Source: an uncultured delta proteobacterium (GTDB taxonomy: Bacteria > Myxococcota_A > Polyangia > Polyangiales > Polyangiaceae). Taken from it: a DNA stretch of 64,000 bases. The translations under genes and the position numbers were made by a program. Each line of letters opens with the position of its first letter. Positions within the stretch are counted from its first letter, which is position 1. The notes below the pieces were generated by a model, which saw only the letters and a program-made list of their open reading frames with translations, searched no databases and was not told where the DNA came from. Where the stretch lies: NCBI GenBank assembly GCA_963716725.1, contig CAVQUB010000015.1, forward strand, positions 32,001-96,000, given 5' to 3'. This document shows positions 34,489 to 45,026 of the stretch, piece by piece.

Positions 34489-35508
34489 TCAGGGCTGCGT
34501 GCAGGAGGCGCTGTTCGAGACCACGACGTCGTCGATGTTCCAGCCGCCGCCGCTGTACGCGCTGCTCGATGCGACGCGGTAACAAAAGCGGACCTGGAAC
34601 GTCGAACTCTTGTAGCTGGACACGTCGAACTTCTGCTGCATCCAGCTGCTGTCGTCCACCTTGCCGGTGGATGGCGCGGAGTAGACCGTGCTCCAGGTCG
34701 AGCCGTTGCTCGAGACCTCGACCTTGCTGTAGACGTAGCTCGGGTAGTCCGAGTGCAGGTGTCGCCAGTACGACAGGTGCAGCGTCGATGCGCTGCCGGC
34801 GTTGATGGTCGGGCTCGTGATGCAGTAATCCGTGGTGCTGGTGGTGAGCGGATAGCAGCCGCCGAGCACGACGCCGGCGATCTTTCCGTCGCCACTGTGG
34901 TCCGTCGCAGGATCTTGGCCTCCGGATCCGCATGCGGTGGACGCCTTCGCGGTCCCGACTTCCCAGTTCGTGCCGAGCTGCCAGGCGCCGGTCCCGCTCG
35001 CAAAGGTCTCGCTGAAATAGTTGGTGCAGCCGCCGCCGCCGGAGCCTCCGCTGCCTCCCGTCGCGCCGGAGCCTCCGCTGCCTCCCGTCGCGCCGGAGCC
35101 TCCGCTGCCTCCCGTCGCGCCGGAGCCTCCGCTGCCTCCCGTCGCGCCGGAGCCTCCGCTGCCTCCCGTCGCGCCGGAGCCTCCGCTGCCTCCCGTCGCG
35201 CCGGAGCCTCCGCTGCCTCCCGTTGCGCCGCTGCCTCCCATCGCGCCGGAGCCGCCGCTGCCTCCCGAGCCGGCCGCGCCGCCGGCCCCGGCCGCGCCTC
35301 CGAACCCGCCGCCGGCCCCGGCCGCGCCCCCGGACCCGCCGCCGGCCCCGGAGCCCCCGCTGCCGCCGGACCCTCCAAAAGCCCCGGATCCCCCGGTGGC
35401 TCCACCGCCATCGGGCGCCCCGCCGCCGCCGCCGCCACCCGCGCCCCCGCAGGCGGCAATCAGTGCGATGGAAAACAACCCCAAACTCGAAACCGCGCGC
35501 GTGCTCAT
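34489..35508 (-). CDS. Gly-rich lipoprotein with C-terminal beta-jelly-roll (MAM/choice-of-anchor-J-like) domain
   Basis: Lipobox IAAC, long Gly linker, FSETF...ITSPTI...LSYW...VRF...GWNIDDVVV. Confidence 0.8.
   Translation of the reverse strand: MSTRAVSSLGLFSIALIAACGGAGGGGGGGAPDGGGATGGSGAFGGSGGSGGSGAGGGSGGAAGAGGGFGGAAGAGGAAGSGGSGGSGAMGGSGATGGSGGSGATGGSGGSGATGGSGGSGATGGSGGSGATGGSGGSGATGGSGGSGATGGSGGSGGGGCTNYFSETFASGTGAWQLGTNWEVGTAKASTACGSGGQDPATDHSGDGKIAGVVLGGCYPLTTSTTDYCITSPTINAGSASTLHLSYWRHLHSDYPSYVYSKVEVSSNGSTWSTVYSAPSTGKVDDSSWMQQKFDVSSYKSSTFQVRFCYRVASSSAYSGGGWNIDDVVVSNSASCTQP
35038..35226. repeat. Coding tandem repeat, 27 bp x7
   Basis: Unit gccggagcctccgctgcctcccgtcgc encodes ATGGSGGSG on the minus strand. 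Confidence 0.93.
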
Positions 35509-35596
35509 GGCGGCCATCATACGCCGGCTCCGGCCAAGGGCTTCCCGCCGTCCGTTGCTCTTCGTTCTTCCGGCCGGCCGCGCTAGGCTGCGGCCG

Positions 35597-36709
35597 ATGT
35601 CCGTTCCCACCGAAATCCCGCTCGAGTCCATCCGCACCGACGGATGGTTCGAGCGCATCGGGGAGAGCATCGGCAGCTTCCAGGCGCTCTGCGACATCAT
35701 CGGCGCTCGGTTCTTCGCGTTCGCGATGATCACGGGCGCGCGGATCACCGCGCTGACGGTCGATCGGCGCAATCCGGACAACACCCTCGTGGACTTCGTG
35801 GTCGGTGCGCCGGACGCGGAGGTGACCGACGCGGACACTCAGCGGCTGACCTTGGCCGACTTCCGGCGCAGGCTGGTGGCCGCTTTGGTGACCGAGGAGC
35901 CCATTGCGGCTCCCCCGACGCGACCGACCGACACCGAGGCCGTGCAGCTTCACGTCGGGGTGCGCTACCTGCTCTTGGCGCCGCTCTACGGCTACAGCCT
36001 CACCAAGCTGAGCATCGCGGACGGCGACTCGTTCGTGGACCTCTCCCACGATGGCATCGACGAGCGCTACGGCCTCGGGGAGCTGCGCGCGAGGATCCGG
36101 ACTCACGTTCGCGAAGAGCTCGACCGCATTCAGCGCGGGGGACGCAGCGCCATCGATCTCGGGCGCATCACCGAGGCGGAGGCCGCAGAGAAGCGCGGCG
36201 AGCCCCTGCGCGTGATCGAGCTTTTGGGCGCGTGGCCCGCGCCGCTGGCGATCTTCCTCAGGACCCCCGAGGGGCAGCTCCTGGCCCCCGACACCCGGGC
36301 GCTGATCGCTCGGGGCCTCGGCTACCTCGGCTCGGCATGCATCGTCTTGGGGGAGGTTCAAAAGGGCGAGGAGATCCTCCGTCTCGGTGTGCAATACGCG
36401 GGCGACGGACCCGCGGCCTCCGAGATCTACGCGCGCCTCGGCGAGTCCATGGTCCGCAGCGAGCGCCACGGCGAGGCCATCGGACCGCTCCGCCGCGCGA
36501 TGAACCTCGGGGCCGACGGTGCGCGGATTTGGCCGCTCTTGGCCCGAGCGCTCACCGAACGGGGCAGGTTCATGGCCGCCTATGGCGCGGTCCTCGAGGC
36601 CCGCGCGGCCGGGGCCGAGGGACCCACCCTCGATGCCAGCGTCGAGCGGATCAGGCGGGGTCTGGGACCCGGGTTCGACTCCTGGCAGAGCCTCGTCGGC
36701 GGCAATTGA
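35597..36709 (+). CDS. Hypothetical protein with C-terminal TPR repeats
   Basis: 371-aa ORF of normal composition with TPR-like helices (IYARLGE...AIGPLRRA). Confidence 0.75.
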   Translation: MSVPTEIPLESIRTDGWFERIGESIGSFQALCDIIGARFFAFAMITGARITALTVDRRNPDNTLVDFVVGAPDAEVTDADTQRLTLADFRRRLVAALVTEEPIAAPPTRPTDTEAVQLHVGVRYLLLAPLYGYSLTKLSIADGDSFVDLSHDGIDERYGLGELRARIRTHVREELDRIQRGGRSAIDLGRITEAEAAEKRGEPLRVIELLGAWPAPLAIFLRTPEGQLLAPDTRALIARGLGYLGSACIVLGEVQKGEEILRLGVQYAGDGPAASEIYARLGESMVRSERHGEAIGPLRRAMNLGADGARIWPLLARALTERGRFMAAYGAVLEARAAGAEGPTLDASVERIRRGLGPGFDSWQSLVGGN

Positions 36710-36863
36710 CAGCCGAAAACCCCCGCAGGACCAGCCCCACTGGGCCGCGAGCCTGGGGCTAGGCTGAGGGCCGATCACTGTGGTACACGCTCCGAGCGTT
36801 CATGCGGGATTTCCGCGGGTTACAACCGCCGAACCCCCACGAGCCGCTTGCACGGATTGAGAG

Positions 36864-37223
36864 ATGACCGAGCTCTACTTGCCGATGTTCATCATGTTCG
36901 CCATCGCCGCGGGGATCTGCGCGGTGATGTTCTTGGGCGGCCAGTACCTTGGGCCCAAGAACCCGACGGCCGAGAAGCTCCTGCCCTTCGAGTGCGGCAA
37001 CGACACTTCCGGGACGCGCGGGGTGAAGCTCAGCGTGAAATTCTACCTGACCGCGATCCTGTTCGTGGTCTTCGACATCGAAGCGGTGTTCATCTACCCC
37101 TGGGCGGTCTTGTTCAAGGGGCTCGGCTGGACCGGCTTCCTCACGATGCTCGCGTTCATCGTCGCGTTGCTCGTGGCACTGGCTTACTGCTGGAAGAAAG
37201 GCGCACTCGAATGGGAGAGCTGA
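36864..37223 (+). CDS. nuoA: NADH-quinone oxidoreductase subunit A
   Basis: PFECG, FYLTAILFVVFDIE and KKGALEW. Confidence 0.96.
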   Translation: MTELYLPMFIMFAIAAGICAVMFLGGQYLGPKNPTAEKLLPFECGNDTSGTRGVKLSVKFYLTAILFVVFDIEAVFIYPWAVLFKGLGWTGFLTMLAFIVALLVALAYCWKKGALEWES

Positions 37224-37793
37224 GGCAGCCGACGACTCAAGAAGTGCTCGAGACCGGGCAAGGACAGGGCTTCGCCACCACGAAGTTCGAGGATCTGCTG
37301 TCGTGGGCCCAGAAGTACTCGCTGTTCATGTACCCCTTTGTCACGGCCTGCTGCGGCATGGAGTTCATGTCCGTCTCGGGCCCGCGCTTCGATCACTCGC
37401 GCTTTGGAGCGGAGGTCCCCCGCTTCACACCTCGACAGAGCGACCTGCTCTGGGTGGTGGGCACCATCGTGCAGCGGCAAGCGCCGATCCTGAAGCGGAT
37501 TTACGAGCAGATGGCGGATCCGAAGTGGGTGCTCGCCTTCGGCACCTGCGCGTCGGTCGGCGGGTTTTACGACAACTACGCCTGCGTCGCGGGCATCGAC
37601 AAGATCATCCCCTGCGACGTGTACATCCCGGGCTGTCCTCCGCGTCCCGAAGCCGTGCATCGACGGGCTGATGTTGCTCCAGGACAAGATCCAGTCGGGT
37701 GATCGGCGACCGGGGATCGTGAAGCCTCGGCTCGATCCAGTGACCCGCCCCGACATGGGAGTGGTGCAGCTTCGTCACTCCAAGCACGGGTGA
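37211..37793 (+). CDS. nuoB: NADH-quinone oxidoreductase subunit B; frameshift at about 37658
   Basis: TACCGMEFM, PRQSD, GTCAS and IPGCPPRPE, then IDGLMLLQDKI in the next frame. Confidence 0.94.
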
Positions 37794-37831
37794 TCCCTTC
37801 GCCGCCGCCGGCATCATCTCAGGACCCTTCG

Positions 37832-38405
37832 ATGGCCAAAGCCCTGCTCCAGCTCATCAAGCTCGAATTTCCCGACGCCGTCCTCGAGACGCACTCGCAG
37901 CACGGAGACGATACACTCGTGGTGGACGCGGCCGCGTGGAAGCCCGTGGCGCACTTCTGTAAAGAACAGCTCGCCATGGAGATGTTGGTCGACCTGACCT
38001 GCGTGGACTTTCCGCACCGCGAGCCGCGCTTCGACGTCGTGGCGCACCTGCACTCCTTGTCCAAGGGTCAGCGCCTGCGCCTCAAGGCCCGGGTCGGGGA
38101 CGTCGAGGGCGAGCAGGCGGAGATCGACTCGCTCACGGAGCTGTGGGCGTCTGCCAATTGGGCCGAGCGCGAGGCTTGGGACATGTTCGGCGTGGTCTTC
38201 AAGGATCACCCCGATCTGCGACGGATCCTGACCTATCCGGAGTTCGTCGGGCACGCCACTGCGCAAGGACTATCCGGCCGATCGCATCCAGCCGCTGGTG
38301 CCCTACCGCGAGGTGGACAACGTCGAGAAGCTGCCGCCCTTCGATCACGACGAGGGCATGAGCTTCGGTCGTCAGAGCCATCTCTTCCCCGGGGGAGACG
38401 ACTGA
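37832..38405 (+). CDS. nuoC: NADH-quinone oxidoreductase subunit C; frameshift at about 38255
   Basis: DLTCVDF, WAEREAWDMFG, HPDLRRIL and GH/PLRKDYP. Confidence 0.94.
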
Positions 38406-39621
38406 TGGAACCTCTGGATCGAGACCTCGACGAGAGCGAGATCGAGCTCGCCGCCGAGCCCATGCTGATCAACGTCGGACCGTCGCATCCGGCCATGCAC
38501 GGCACCGTGCGAGTGGTGATGGAGCTGTCGGGTGAGACCATCGAGCGCTGCGACGTGCAGGTCGGCTACCTGCACCGCGGCTTCGAGAAAATGTGCGAGC
38601 GCGGCACCTGGACCCAGGTCTTCCCCTACGTCGACCGCTGCAACTACGTTTCGCCGATGTTCAACAACGTGGGCTTCTCGCTGGCCTGCGAGAAGATGCT
38701 CGGCATCGAGGTGCCCGAGCGCTGCCAGTGGTACCGCATGATCCTCGGTGAGCTGGCGCGCATCTCCGACCACCTGACCTGCGATGGCGCCATGGCCATG
38801 GAACTCGGCGCGTTCACCCCGTTCTTGTGGATGGTGAAGGCCCGCGAGATGGTTTGGGACATCATGGAGGAAGAGACCGGCGCGCGTCTCACCCACAGCT
38901 TCGGCCGCGTGGGCGGCATGGCGGCGCCGCCGACCCCGGGTTTCAAGGAGCACACCCGGGCCGTGGTGCAGCAGATCCGCCAAGTGGTCGACGAGGTGAA
39001 ACGCCTCTTGCTCGGCAACCGCATCTTCCTCGATCGGCTCGAGGGGGTCGGGGTGATCAGCGTCGAAGATGCGCTCTGCTCTGGGCTGGACCGGGCCGGC
39101 GCTGCGCGCCGCGGGCGTGGCCTACGACGTGCGCAAGGCGCACCCGTACCTCAAGTACGGCGAGGTTGACTTCGACGTGCCCGTGGGCAGCACCAGCGAC
39201 TGCTACGATCGCTTCATGGTCCGCATCGAGGAGATGCGAGCAGAGCGCGCGCATCATCGACCAGTGCCTCGAACGCATGCCCGACGAGGGCCCGATCAAC
39301 GTCGACGATCCGCGGGTCGTCCTGCCCCCGAAGGACGAGGTCTACTCGACCATCGAGGGCACCATCCGGCACTTCAAGATCGTGATGGAGGGCCTGAAGA
39401 TCCCGGCCGGCGAGGTGTACAGCTACACCGAAGGCGGCAACGGCGAGCTCGGCTTCTACCTGGTGAGCGACGGCAGCGGCACACCGTGGCGGGTCCGCAT
39501 CCGGCCACCGTGCTTCTACGTGACCGGCGGACTGGAACGGATCATCACTGGCCAGATGGTGGCCGACGTGGTGCCGTGCTTCGGGACCCTGAACATGATC
39601 GGCGGCGAGTGCGACCGCTAG
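38405..39621 (+). CDS. nuoD: NADH-quinone oxidoreductase subunit D; two frameshifts
   Basis: [30 protein letters not shown] and C-terminal GECDR. Confidence 0.95.
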
Positions 39622-39633
39622 CGATGACTGGGA

Positions 39634-41236
39634 ATGCCTACGTTCAAGCTCGACGGACAAGAAATCCCCTTCGAACAGGGGGAAACGCATCATCGCCGCG
39701 GCGCACCGCGCGGGAGTGGACATCCCCCACTACTGCTGGCACCCCGGGCTCAGCGTCGCGGCCAACTGTCGCATGTGCCTGGTGGAGGTCCTGCCACCGC
39801 CCGGTCGCAAGGCGCATGATGCTCGATGTCCTGGAGTGGGACGCCGACAAGCAAGACTACGTGCCCGCCAAGAAGCCCAAGCTCCAGCCCTCGTGCCAGC
39901 AGGCCGCCGGCGACGGCATGGAGGTGGCGAGCTCTTCCAGCGAGCACGTGGCCCAGGCGCGCAGCGCGGTGCAGGAGTTGCTGCTGCTCAATCACCCGGT
40001 CGACTGCCCGATCTGCGATCAGGCCGGCGAGTGCCGGCTGCAGGACTACTGGCTCGAGCATCAGGGCACCAAGAAGCGCATGCACCGACGAGATCGTGCA
40101 CAAGCCCAAGGGCGTCGTGTTCGGTCCCACCATCGTGTACGACGCCGAGCGCTGCATCGTCTGCACCCGCTGCGTCCGCTTCTGCGAGGAGGTAGCCAAG
40201 GATCCGGTGCTCGAGAAACGCGAGCGCGGCACACTCAACGAGATCGTCCTGGCGCCGGGTCGCGAGCTCGATCACGGCTACACTCTGATGACCGAGTACG
40301 TGTGCCCGGTCGGCGCGCTCACCGCTCGGGACTTCCGCTTCAAGGCGCGGGTCTGGTTCCTGCGCAGCGCGCCCGAGCGTCTGCACGGGCTGCGCCACGG
40401 GCTGCAACGCGTTCACGGACTTCGATCCCCGCGACAACACCGTGTATCGCTACCGCCCGCGGGAGAACATGGCGGTCAACCAGTACTGGATGTGTGACGA
40501 GGGCATGCTCGACTACCGGCGCGTCCACGAGCACCGCATCCTGGTCTCGCGGGTGCGCGGCAAGAAGACGTCGTTCTCGGACGCAGTGGAGAAGGCCGCG
40601 GCGGTGCTGACTGGAGTCGATCCCGATCGCCTCGGGGTCGTGCTCTCGGCCCAACACAGCAACGAGGACAACTTCGCGCTCTTACGCCTGCTACGGGACT
40701 ACCTGGGCACGGGTCACATCTATCTGAGCGGGCGGGCCGAGGGGCTCGGCGATTCGGTGCTCAAACACGCGGACAAGAACCCGAACACGGCTGGAGTGAC
40801 GGCGCTCTGTACGAGCTCCCCGCCCAAGTCGTTCGCGGAGATGGCCAAGGACATCGTCGACGGTCGCATCACCCACGTGGTTGCGCTCGGCTCGTATTCA
40901 TCCGATGCCACCAGGACCGACGCGCTGTCGAAGCTTCAGGGTCTGGTGACGTTCGCGACGCGGGAAGGCCCAATGGCCAAGCACGCGACCGTGGTGCTGC
41001 CGGTCTCGAGCTGGGCAGAGTGCGACGGGACCTTCGTCAACGCCAAGGGCATGGCGCAGGAGAGCGAGAAGGCCATCGCTCCGCGCGGCGACAGCCTGCC
41101 GGCGTGGAGGCTCGTGGCCGTGCTGGCGAAGGCGCTCGGGCTTCCCATGGCCTGGACCAAGCTCGCTCAGGTTAGAAAAGCCATGGCGCCCGAAGCGGGC
41201 GCGACCGTGGCGCAATCGACGGGAGCTGAGGCATGA
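39634..41236 (+). CDS. nuoG: NADH-quinone oxidoreductase subunit G (short form); about four frameshifts
   Basis: IPHYCWH...[52 protein letters not shown] and LPxxxWAExxGTFVN. Confidence 0.9.
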
Positions 41237-43011
41237 CCTGGGAAGTGATCGCTTTGGCGGCCGGCAAGGCCCTGTTCATGGTGATGTTCGGCATGAACCT
41301 GGCCGTGATCATGACCTGGGCCGATCGGCGCCAGGGCGCCATGATCAACGATCGCGTCGGACCGAACCGCGCGGTGGCGTGGCTGCCCAGGCGTGTTGCC
41401 CAGGGCATGGTGCTCGTTCCCGCTCTGATCATCGCGGCCGCGGTGGTCGGCTGGGTCTTCACTCACAAGGTCGAGGGCGCCGCGCGCCTCGGGCGCGCGC
41501 TGCTGTTCAGTCAGCTGGCAGTGTTCGCGCTCTGGGCGACCTTGCTCGCCATCGGCGGAAGCGTCGCTCGCCGCGGCGTCACCAACAGCTTCGATCGCTG
41601 GGTCGCGACCATCGGTGATCCGCGGAACTTCCTCTGGCTCGGCCTCGGCGCCCACGGCGTCACGCTCATCGCCGCGGTGCTGCTTCGCGGAACGGGCCTG
41701 GGGCGCAGCTTGCGCGAGGTAGCCTACGGCGCCGGGCCAGCCGTGTTCGCCGCGGCGGTGTTCGGAGCCGGTCTGTACGCCGCCTACTCCTTCGAGAAGG
41801 TCGATCGGGTCGGGCTGCGGCTCTTTGGCCTGCTCCACCCGGCTGCGGACGGGCTGAAGACGATCTGGAAAGAGGACTTCGTCCCGCCGAACGCCGACAA
41901 GTTCCTGCACGGCCTGGCGCCCATCGTCTCGTTCTTCCCGGCGTTGGTGGTGATGGCGGTGGTGCCCTTCGGCGATACGCTCTGCTTCGGCAGCAAGGCC
42001 GGCCGCATCGACCTGACCCAGATCAGCCGAGTCGTCCCCCGCGAGGGGCTCTGCACCGACGGCGCGGTTCAGCTGCAGGTGCTCGACGTGAACGTCGGTC
42101 TGCTCTACTTCTTTGCGATCGCCGGCACCGGCATCGTCGGCGCCGCGCTGGCGGGGTGGGCGAGCGACAACAAGTACAGCCTGCTCGGTGGCCTGCGCGC
42201 CGCCAGCCAGATGGTCTCCTATGAGGTCACGCTGGGCCTGACTTTGGTCGGCGTGATGATGGTCTACGGCACGCTGCGCATCGACGAGATGGTGCGCTGG
42301 CAGGCCGCGAACACCTGGGGCATCTTCGTGCAGCCGCTGGCGTTCATCCTGTTTTTCACCGCCTCCGTGGCCGAAGCCAAGCGCATCCCCTTCGATCTGC
42401 CAGAGGGCGAGAGCGAGCTCGTCGCCGGGTATTTCACTGAGTACTCGGGCATGAAGTTCGCGATGTTCTACTTCTCCGAGTACGTCGCGGTGGTCGCATC
42501 GAGCGTGCTCTTGACCGTGCTCTTCCTGGGCGGCTGGCACCTGCCGTTCATGGACCGCTCGGGCTTGCACATTCAAATCGGCGACACGGTGCTCCTGCAC
42601 CAGACCCTGGCTCACGTCGCGGTGATCGTGCTCGGGGTGCTGGCCTTCATCGGAAAGGTCGTCGCGCTCTGCTGGCTGCAACTCATGATCCGCTGGACCC
42701 TGCCGCGCTTCCGCTACGACCAGCTCATGCGGCTCAGCTGGCGCAAGCTCCTGCCGGCTTCGCTCTTGAACATCCTGGTGACCGGGCTCCTGATCCTGCT
42801 CGTCGCGGGCGCCAGCACCAACGTGCAAGCGGGCCTGAAGATCGCAGCCGACGTCACCCAGTTGGTGGTCCTGGTCGCGGGGCTCTCGTTGGCGGTTTGG
42901 TTCGTGTCGTTCGTGACCAGCCCGGTGAAGAAGAAGCGCATCCTGGCTTCAACCGCCGCGCAGTTTGCGGCTCACCTGGGCGGTACGCGCACCGCCCGCA
43001 TGGGAGCTTGA
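41233..43011 (+). CDS. nuoH: NADH-quinone oxidoreductase subunit H, enlarged (592 aa)
   Basis: DRVGPN, ADGLKTIWKE, NKYSLLGGLRAASQMVSYE, RIPFDLPEGESELVAGYFTEYSG and LPRFRYDQLM. Confidence 0.95.
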   Translation: MTWEVIALAAGKALFMVMFGMNLAVIMTWADRRQGAMINDRVGPNRAVAWLPRRVAQGMVLVPALIIAAAVVGWVFTHKVEGAARLGRALLFSQLAVFALWATLLAIGGSVARRGVTNSFDRWVATIGDPRNFLWLGLGAHGVTLIAAVLLRGTGLGRSLREVAYGAGPAVFAAAVFGAGLYAAYSFEKVDRVGLRLFGLLHPAADGLKTIWKEDFVPPNADKFLHGLAPIVSFFPALVVMAVVPFGDTLCFGSKAGRIDLTQISRVVPREGLCTDGAVQLQVLDVNVGLLYFFAIAGTGIVGAALAGWASDNKYSLLGGLRAASQMVSYEVTLGLTLVGVMMVYGTLRIDEMVRWQAANTWGIFVQPLAFILFFTASVAEAKRIPFDLPEGESELVAGYFTEYSGMKFAMFYFSEYVAVVASSVLLTVLFLGGWHLPFMDRSGLHIQIGDTVLLHQTLAHVAVIVLGVLAFIGKVVALCWLQLMIRWTLPRFRYDQLMRLSWRKLLPASLLNILVTGLLILLVAGASTNVQAGLKIAADVTQLVVLVAGLSLAVWFVSFVTSPVKKKRILASTAAQFAAHLGGTRTARMGA

Positions 43012-43021
43012 GGAAGACAGC

Positions 43022-43681
43022 ATGGCCATTTTGCCCAACGCCCCCCTCGGACCCAATAGGGTCGCCGGCAAGGCCATCCCAAGGCCGAATCGCAACCTCG
43101 CGGTGCAGTCGTACGTCCCGGAGATCGTCAAGGGTCTGGGAATCACCATGAAGCACTTCTTCGTCAACACGAAGGAGGTGGCCCTCGGCCAGCGCAACGA
43201 TCCCGTGCTCGAGTCCATCGACGACGGCATCAACTGCATCAGCTACCCCGAGCAGAAGCGGCCGTACCCGGCCCGCTTTCGCGGGCTGCACCGCCTGACT
43301 CATCGCGCCGACGGCTCGCCGCGTTGCGTCGCGTGCTTGTGCTGTTCGACTGCGTGTCCAGCGCAGTGCATCCACATCGAAGCGGGGGAGTATCCCGAGG
43401 GCGATCCGCGACGCGGCTACGAGCGCTATCCCAAGCGCTTCGTGATCGACGAGCTGCGCTGCGTCTTCTGCGGCTTTTGCGTCGAGGCCTGCCCCTGCGA
43501 CGCGATCCGCATGGACACCGGCATGCACGCGGCGCCCTACGATTCCCGTGATCAGTTCATCTTCGAGCGGGAGCGGTTGATGTCGTTCCCCGGCCGCGAC
43601 GGGACCTTCGAGACCGCAAACCCACGCAAAGAGCCGGGCGATCCGGGCCACCCCGGCGTCGATCGCGAAAAGGGCCACTGA
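43022..43681 (+). CDS. nuoI: NADH-quinone oxidoreductase subunit I
   Basis: YPEQKR..RFRG and two CxxCxxCxxxCP motifs; SD gagga. Confidence 0.95.
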   Translation: MAILPNAPLGPNRVAGKAIPRPNRNLAVQSYVPEIVKGLGITMKHFFVNTKEVALGQRNDPVLESIDDGINCISYPEQKRPYPARFRGLHRLTHRADGSPRCVACLCCSTACPAQCIHIEAGEYPEGDPRRGYERYPKRFVIDELRCVFCGFCVEACPCDAIRMDTGMHAAPYDSRDQFIFERERLMSFPGRDGTFETANPRKEPGDPGHPGVDREKGH

Positions 43682-43766
43682 CCTGAGCCCGCCGACGCCC
43701 GGCGCTCAGGTGCGGCGGGTGCCCCTGGCAGTGCATCGCTTCGCAGTTTTGGTACTCTGAGCGGCG

Positions 43767-45023
43767 GTGCGCACGAGATCTGCCTGGGCCCTCTGCGCCG
43801 CGGCTGCGGTTGCCTACGCGTGCGCCGCCTTCGACGGCGCCGAGGCCCTGGTCGAAGCTCCCGATGGCGGGGCGGGGGCGGGCGACGCCAGCACCGAAGG
43901 CATCGCCGGGGGCGCCGGATTTCCCAGCGGCGGCGGTGGCGTGCCGAGCGGCGGTGGCGTGCCGAGCGGCGGCGGAGCGCCGAGCGGCGGTGGCGTGCCG
44001 AGTGGCGGCGGCGTGCCGAGCGGCGGCGGCGTGCCGAGTGGCGGCGGCGTGCCGAGCGGCGGCGGCGTGCCGAGCGGCGGTGGCGTGCCGAGCGGCGGTG
44101 GCGTGCCGAGCGGCGGCGGCGTGCCGAGCGGCGGCGGCGTGCCGAGCGGCGGCGGCGGCAGCGGTGGCACGACGCCCCAGTGCGCCAGCGACGCGACTTG
44201 CAGCGACGGCAACTGGTGCAACGGCGACGAGAAGTGCCAGAGCGGGAGCTGCGTCAGCGGATCGGCGCCGGGCAGCTTCCCCCAGTGTTCAGCGGTCTGC
44301 CCCCCGAACTACTACGCGAGCTCCGTGTCCTGTTCGTCGCTCTGCGGCCCACCGAGCGGTCCGCGCGCCAACTGCAGCCCCGGCTGCGGCTCGTCCTTCA
44401 ATGCCTGCGGGGGCTGCCCCAGCGGCTACTACCAGAGCGGCGCGTCGTGCAGCACGAGCTGCGCGAGCTGCGGCACCTCGAGCGGCCAGCGCTACTCGTG
44501 CAATCAGATTGGCGGCTCGTCGTTCAACGCCTGCGACGGCTGTCCGAGCGGGTATCACCCGTCGAGCAAAGCGTGCAGCACGAGCTGTGCGAGCTGCGGC
44601 ACCTCGAGCGGCCAGCGCTACACCTGCGGCCAAGTGAGCGGATCGAGCTTCAACTCCTGCGCTCCGTGCCCGGCCGGGTACCACCCTTCGAGCAAAGCGT
44701 GCAGCACGAGCTGTGCGAGCTGCGGCACCTCGAGCGGCCAGCGCTACACCTGCGATCAGACGGGCGGATCGAGCTTCAATTCCTGCGCTCCGTGCCCGGC
44801 TGGGTACTACGTGTCGAGCCAGGCGTGCAGCACGAGCTGCGCGAGCTGCGGCACGTCGAGCGGTCAGCGCTACACCTGCAACCAATTCCCGACCGGAGGC
44901 AGCTTCAACGCATGCGGCAGTTCGTGCCCCACGGGTTTTCACGTCACCTCGCAGACGAACAGTACGAGCTGCGCGAGCTGCGGCACCTCGAGCGGCACGC
45001 GGGTGACCTGCGCGCCGAATTGA
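43767..45023 (+). CDS. Secreted or lipoprotein with VPSGGG linker and Cys-rich tandem repeats
   Basis: Signal ending AYAC, about 12 VPSGGG units, a CxDGNWCNGxExC module and five SFN.C..CP.GY...STSCASCGTSSG.R..C repeats. Confidence 0.82.
   Translation: MRTRSAWALCAAAAVAYACAAFDGAEALVEAPDGGAGAGDASTEGIAGGAGFPSGGGGVPSGGGVPSGGGAPSGGGVPSGGGVPSGGGVPSGGGVPSGGGVPSGGGVPSGGGVPSGGGVPSGGGVPSGGGGSGGTTPQCASDATCSDGNWCNGDEKCQSGSCVSGSAPGSFPQCSAVCPPNYYASSVSCSSLCGPPSGPRANCSPGCGSSFNACGGCPSGYYQSGASCSTSCASCGTSSGQRYSCNQIGGSSFNACDGCPSGYHPSSKACSTSCASCGTSSGQRYTCGQVSGSSFNSCAPCPAGYHPSSKACSTSCASCGTSSGQRYTCDQTGGSSFNSCAPCPAGYYVSSQACSTSCASCGTSSGQRYTCNQFPTGGSFNACGSSCPTGFHVTSQTNSTSCASCGTSSGTRVTCAPN
43941..44156. repeat. Coding tandem repeat, 18 bp x about 12
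   Basis: Unit gtgccgagyggcggyggc. Confidence 0.9.
44394..45012. repeat. Coding tandem repeat, about 126 bp x5
   Basis: The core agcacgagctgygcgagctgcggcacctcgagcggc recurs at about 126-bp spacing. Confidence 0.9.
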
Positions 45024-45026
45024 CGA

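Noticed and set aside
44394..45012. Regularly spaced conserved cores that look like a CRISPR array
   Set aside because: The intervening sequences resemble each other, the period keeps frame inside a Cys-rich ORF, and there are no cas genes.
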